Positions 57,851 to 64,000 of a stretch of 64,000 nucleotides of DNA are shown piece after piece. Position 1 is the stretch's first letter. Every line of letters starts with the position of its first letter. The stretch lies in contig OZ024742.1 of assembly GCA_964016885.1 (NCBI GenBank), positions 55,180,001 to 55,244,000 on the forward strand, written 5' to 3'. The position numbers and the translations under genes are program-made. The stretch comes from Eledone cirrhosa (taxonomy: Eukaryota). Under the pieces are notes generated by a model that searched no databases, had not been told where the DNA came from, and saw only the letters and a program-made list of their open reading frames with translations.

Positions 57851-58948
57851 ACGTCAACAGGCTGTTCTAACGATGAGGTTTCGAATTTTTATAAGTATTC
57901 AAATACACTCTCGCTTCGTTTCGATCAGTGATCACTTTGCTTTTTCATATATATATATATATATATATATAGTGCGCGTGTACATGTGTGTAATCATATT
58001 TACCACTTATTTTAATATAATTTTATCATGTGACATTTTCTGACATATTTCTTCCCTTTTCGTAGTTTTGTAATGTATTTATTAAGTGTTAGGATTAATA
58101 GTTGTTGCCGCCAAAATAAGACTTTTACTGAGTCAAGCAGAAATTTGCTCATTGTTTTATTCAATCATTACCTTCCACTTCAGGTTTTAGTAACATCTTT
58201 CTGTATAGACCCGTAAATGTGAAACCTACTACGGTTTCTTGCCATCGACTTATTAGCATATCTCTATATGCGACTCCAGCCAAATGAATTCATCCGAGGC
58301 ATGCAAGCGGTCTAATTCATTGTAATACGCACATCACTGGCAGCTTTATAAGATGTTATTTCCAGTATTTACATAAAATACAGAAGTGTCAATCCCCTGT
58401 GGCATCTGCAAATAATGATATTTGAAACTGTTTATTGTCTCTCGTCAGAATGTATGAGCATTAACCCGGAAAACGCAGCTTATACGGTTAACGTCGAAGC
58501 ACTGGAAAGAGCAATTTACACGTATATATTCGTATCTAATTATTAATTCTCCGTCCTGCTTAGCCGTTCAACTATTAAGACTTCAATACACCATACAAAT
58601 TATGTAATTTCTATCTGTAGGTCTGCACCGCATCAGATGATTATTATTAAATTTCTAATATCTGAATTCACTTACACGAATATCTGTTAAATCTAAGCGT
58701 TCACTTATCATGAAGTCAATAAGAAAATATAACACCAGAGACCAATACAATACAATGATGGTATATTAGATTAACGCTTGATAGAGATGGAAAACATTTG
58801 TAACGCTTTGAGTGCTAGTCGTTCACAGGAAGATTCAATGAGGAAGAGGTTAGGATAGTTTTGAGAAGGCAAAGAAAAATAAAGAAACAAAAATAGAAAA
58901 GTTTGAAAAGATACACAACACAGTATATATATATATAGAGAGAGAGAA

Positions 58949-59009
<61 letters not shown>

Positions 59010-59174
59010 GAGAGAGAGATAATACATATATAAATATGTGTGTTTTAGTGGTAGTATGCATGTGTGTATGTATGCCTGTATATATGTACGTATGTAAGCG
59101 TGCATACACACCATGTGAGAGAAAAAAGCGTCTGGAATTGAATCGCCAACACACACATTATATATATATATATA

Positions 59175-59379
59175 TTGTTATACTTGGGGAGGGTCATATT
59201 CGTGTAATAATATTGCCAGAATTAATAACAGAACACACTCACTGTTTGGTTGGTTTTCGCTTCTGTGTCTTTGTAAAGGTTAATTTAATTTATTCGGTCC
59301 TTAATTTTACCAAGTATAACAATATTTGTTTCGACACACGATTTCATATCAAAAACCTCGGAAAACTAATTCATCGCCG

Positions 59380-59381
<2 letters not shown>
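59175..59381. mobile_element. 207 bp two-ended family D' mini-insertion
   Basis: 59175-59310 matches 35758-35896; 59310-59325 inverts the terminus; tail 59326-59381 matches reverse complement of 35711-35754. Confidence 0.88.
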
Positions 59382-59414
<33 letters not shown>

Positions 59415-59444
59415 GTGTGTGTTGGCGATTCAATTCCAGACGCT

Positions 59445-59480
<36 letters not shown>

Positions 59481-60363
59481 TATATATATATGTGTGTGTA
59501 AATAGAACATCAATTGATTTATCGATCCTTCGTGTTTCATTCGTCTCACCTACATTTATCATCTTGTGAATTCTCGCATTTGTAGACTTAATTTTCCTAT
59601 AAAAGTTTCTCAATAGAATTTCTGTCGAAATCCTGCTGTGTAAACACACACACTGTTATTAAGGAGCGTAAACAGGGGAACTGTCAACAGGACTCCAGTG
59701 TGCAGACCAACATCTTTACAAATATGAAAGTCCACTGAATAATGTCAAATTGCAAAGACCCTAATGATCGCAAACTCAGCAGTACAAATTAATTATTCAT
59801 GAATACTCTGAGTGAAATATTGATTAAATGGACGATATACAAGACCAGCAACAAATGAGAATCTGTGCATCCACTTGTCCTAGTACAATTTATAGTAGTG
59901 GAAATATATATAATTATTTGCATACATATATAATCATAAATGAATTGTAATTTCGTAAATATATATATCTAAACTAATTGACAGATATTTGAATATATTC
60001 GTTGAGATGAATTATATACAGTAAAATATTAATCCATTACACAAACTAAATATATATATGTATATATATATGATTAAAATAATTATTTGATGTTTAGTAT
60101 GAACTGTTTAATTATTGTTTTTGTTAAACTGACTATAGTTTTCATTTCTATTTGATATATTCTTTCATTTGTTTGCACATTATCTCCTGTGTATTGTTTG
60201 ATATATAGTTATATATGTCATTTGCTTTTTAATTTATATATATATATGTTCGAAGTTACAAGGCCAGAACAATGCAGGTTTGGATATAGAATATAAATAG
60301 ATACACCTTTATATCAAAACATTTATTTATAAAGTGGGTATATATATATATATATATATATAT

Positions 60364-60651
60364 GCAAAAGTTCAATTTAAATTGTTGGGATACAACAAGT
60401 AAATATTATTATAACTGATATAAAGCACTCGACAAATATTTGGAGTAGATATACAGTATTAATAAATGGAAACTATATTTATAAAACCATATTTATTTCA
60501 TTATATATATTTCAAGGATACCAAGTTAAATCATGGTATGCCTTCATCAGATTTTGTCTGATGAAGGCATACCATGATTTAACTTGGTATCCTTGAAATA
60601 TATATAATGAAATAAATATGGTTTTATAAATATAGTTTCCATTTATTAATA

Positions 60652-60659
<8 letters not shown>
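60364..60659. mobile_element. 211 bp perfect hairpin (5 nt loop) + 85 nt tail in (TA)n
   Basis: 60449-60551 inverts 60557-60659; contains a hammerhead. Confidence 0.85.
60551..60613 (+). ncRNA. Type I hammerhead ribozyme
   Basis: ATTTTGT-CTGATGA-AGGcATACCA..TGGTATCCTt-GAAA TATATA TA-ATGAAAT. Confidence 0.78.
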
Positions 60660-60706
<47 letters not shown>

Positions 60707-60894
60707 TGTGGGTATATAGATATGTGTATATATACATGTATATATATATATATATATTAGAAAGTGAGGTTTTTTTTACAAAATGAAAAATAACCGAGGT
60801 GTCCTACACGAGTGAAAGTATAAAGAAAAAGAGATGGAATCGAAAATGCAACTGAAGTCTTATTTTTTTTTTAAATATATATATTTATTTGGTT

Positions 60895-60932
60895 CCTTTA
60901 CCGGTTTCGCAGTTCTTCTCCTTTTCAAAAGG
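60895..60932 (-). ncRNA. Minimal hammerhead, U3-A8 variant (one stem II mismatch)
   Basis: CCTT-TTGAAAA-GGAGaagaaCTGC-GAAACCGGTA-AAGG on minus strand. Confidence 0.75.
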
Positions 60933-61965
60933 TGAGTTGAGATGGAGGGTCTGTGGTTTTTCTCACATCTGGTTGGTCTCTGAATGTTACTTGTTTTATA
61001 TGGAAAAAGTGGCTCGAAATTCCAGGTTTTTCGAGAAGTAATTTGATTGGTTTGTCAATAATTATAATAAATTTCGCACCAGTTCGCGTTACAATAGTTC
61101 TTCAAATAAGAGAGGGGGTGGGGGGTTGTTACAGGTTGTTTTTTCATATATGAGTGTTTGAATTTTTTTTACTTGAAAAAAGGAGGCTCACGAAGGCTTT
61201 TTTGGGGTTGGTTATAAATGAAATTTGGCTGTCACGTGAACAAGTTTTTATTACATTTTTGCGCCCTTATTTGGAAAACTATTCTGTAGTCTTTATAGTG
61301 AATGTTATGACAATTGAGAGATAGTGGTCAAGAGAAAAGGGATTGGGAGAAATGTTCCGGTTCAGTGAATATGGCCAGCTCGCCGGGGTGTCAGAGTTCA
61401 GATTTTCTATTGAGACTGAAGATATGTATGTTTATTTGTGTGCTTGTGTGTGTGTATGTGTGTGTGTGTGTGTATGTGTGTATTGGAAGATGATTATATT
61501 AGTAGAGATGGGGGAGGGAGTTGTGTGTGTGTGTATATGGGTGTTATGTGTGTGTGTGCGAGTATGTTAAGATGGAGAGAATATATATTTTGTGTGTGTG
61601 TATATATATATGTGTGTAGGAAAGTGGTTCTATTAGTAGAAATGGGGAGGGAGTTGTAGGTGTGGGGGTTGTTATGTGTGTGTATGGGTGTTATGTGTGT
61701 GGGAGTAAGGTTAGCATGTTAAGATGAAGAGAATATATATATATATATATATATTGTGTGTGTGTGTATGTGTGTGTGTAGGAAAGTGATTCCTTTAGTA
61801 GGAATATTTTTGAATGAACATATTTTCCTTACTTTTTCGTGTTTGCTGTTGTATTGCCAGTGCAAACGTATGTTAAGTTTCATTTAGTTCGGGTTTTTAT
61901 TTTCTAAAGTAGAAGGTGTTATGTGTGTGTGTGTATGTCATATTGTGGTATTGACATAATGTATA

Positions 61966-63870
61966 TTAAACCTTATTTAATGTTGGTCTATATTTTTGAA
62001 TAAACATATTTTCCTTATTTATTCGTATTTGTTCTGTTGTATTGTTAGCGCAAAGGTAAAATGGGAAGACTTGGAATTTGGGTGTCTTATTACTTGCGCA
62101 AATGTCTAGATGTGCACTTAGTGGTATCTGTCTCGTGGTTGGATCTCGTAAATGTTGGCGATGAACTGTCATTCTGTTTCTGAGTGTGAGTTTAGTTTGT
62201 CCTATATAATCTTCATTGCATCCTTTACATTTAATGGCATAAACTAGATTTTTTGATGAGCAAGTGAAGTGATTTTTTACAGTAAAATTTTGTCCTGATT
62301 TAAATGTATACGTGTTGCCTTCAATGAGGTGAGTGCAGGTTCCACAATTAGAGCGACCACATTTTTTGATACTTGGTTGTGGGTTTGTGGTAGGTAATTT
62401 GGCATTGGTGAGTAATGTTTTCAGTGACTTTGGTTGTCTTTTGCTTTTGATTATTTTGTGTGTTTCAAGGGCTTTTTTCATTCTTGGGTTTTGTTTTAGT
62501 AGAGGGATGTTCTTGTGAATAGTGTTGTAAGCTTCCGCATTTCTTGGGTTGTGTGTTGAGATATATGATAGAATATTGGACGTACCTTGAATTTGTTTCT
62601 GTTTCCGGAATTCATCAATGCCTATTGCTTTAGCCCTTTCTATTCCATTATTTATTAGTAATAGTGGGTACTCTCTCTCAAGTAGAATTTCATTTAATTC
62701 TTGATGTCTTTTATTTCGCGTTTCATAATTGGAGACAATTGTGCAGATTCTTCTTGCTAGGTTAAAAGGAATGTTCGTCTTCGTGTGCTTTGGATGGTTG
62801 GAGGTGAATAGCAGATATTGTTTGGAATCTGTTGGTTTGTAGTGTATGTCAGTTTCGATATTTGTGTCTTTTTTTGTGATTAAGATGTCCAGAAATGGGA
62901 GTTGACCTTGGCTGTATTCCATTGTGAATTGGATGTGGTTATTGATGCCATTTATTAAGTTTTTGAAATCCTTCAGTTGGTCGAGTGTGTGGGACCAAAG
63001 AATGAGGCAATCATCCAAGTAGCGTTTCCAATTCTCTGATAAATATTTGTGGAAGTTCTATCCGTATTTTGATTTGGACTGTTCATATATCTGGACTTCT
63101 AAGTACGCCATGACTAAGTTGGCATAAGTTGGAGCGGCTTTTGTGCCCATCGCAGTCCCCGATATTTGCTTGTAAGTATTGCCATCGAAATCAAAAAAGT
63201 TGTTCTGTAGGATGAATTTTAATCCCTCGGTGATGAAGCTTTTTTCTATTCTGTCAGGTATCTCATTGGGATATTTCTCTAGCCAGAATCCTATTGCTTC
63301 TAGTCCGTATTGGTGTGGGATCGTTGTGTAGAGATTCACTACATCGAAAGACACAATAATAGTGTCGTTGTTGACATGTTTGGGGAGGTGGTTTAAGAGG
63401 TCCAGATCGTCTCTTACAAGGCTTGGTATGTGTTTCAGTATTGGTTTCAGTAGTATGTCTATAAAGTTGCTCAATCTGTGTGTTTCACATTGTGGGGCCG
63501 CTACAATTGGTCTTAATTTAAGGTCTGTGGGGTATTGTGTGTTCACGCAGGCTGAGGTGGATTGTTTACAGGCATCGTTGATTATTTTACATTTGTGGAG
63601 CTTCGGAAGTCCGTAAAGGTTGCTGGTTTTGTATTCAAAATTTGTTAAATAATCGCGTTCCTTTTTAGTTAAGTCTTCCTGGTATCGATAAATCAGTGTG
63701 TTTAATTTGGTCATTATTTTTGATTGCTGGTAGTTTTTTACTCTTTCATAGTAATTAGTATTTTGTAAGAGAGAGAACATAGAATTTTTATATTTTTCAG
63801 CCTCCATAATAACAACAGTACTTCCCTTGTCCGCTTCCTTAATTACAATGTCCGTATTGTTTTTAGTTCA
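61966..63870 (-). pseudogene. PLE reverse transcriptase-GIY-YIG polyprotein, frameshifted near 63058
   Basis: ADKGS, LYGLPKLHK, LRPIVA, SFDVVNLYTTIP, GTAMGT..AP.YANL, RYLDD, LPFLD, SNHP, CGRSNCGTC, LVYAIKC..C..YIGQT...R...H. Confidence 0.93.
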
Positions 63871-64000
63871 TGGATAATCTCCCATTCCCTTCGACTTGTG
63901 TTGGGTTTGCGTTTAGGTTGCGGTAGTTCATGGTATGGGAAGGTAGCTATGTGGTCACAAAATTTGTCCAGAACTCTGTTTCTACCTTTTGTTGGGTTGT

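Larger units (their letters stand above)
60757..64000 (-). mobile_element. Nearly intact Penelope-like element (RT, Cys-rich linker, GIY-YIG, 1.2 kb 3' UTR), continues beyond window
   Basis: ORFs 63058-63807 and 61966-63018; hammerhead at 60895-60932; 3' end in (TA)n. Confidence 0.95.

Overview
AT-rich, microsatellite-laden eukaryotic DNA, most likely a cephalopod (octopus-like SINE cores; inference). No host gene can be supported, and most listed ORFs are (TA)n/(CA)n/(AG)n artefacts. The window is a transposon graveyard dominated by Penelope-like retroelements (PLEs): RT and GIY-YIG fragments plus one nearly intact copy at the right edge. It also holds Tx1/L1-, CR1-, RTE- and CRE-like LINE fragments, a Rep-deleted Helitron, SINEs and a TA-flanked MITE. 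Reading the non-coding DNA gives three main results. (1) About 19 type I hammerhead ribozyme motifs occur, from at least 10 unrelated sequence families, with C3-G8/U3-A8 covariation and mostly palindromic stem III. (2) A recurring two-ended fold-back insertion architecture sits in (TA)n: both element 3' ends point outward and one arm carries a 12-135 nt 'tail', which in one family is visibly the start of the element ORF. Insert sizes range from 2.7 kb to 47 bp. (3) Short inverted copies of host flanking DNA mirror across (TA)n tracts, suggesting snap-back priming at the target. One ribozyme element lies between inverted (GAA)n/(TTC)n tracts. All alignments and folds were done by eye.
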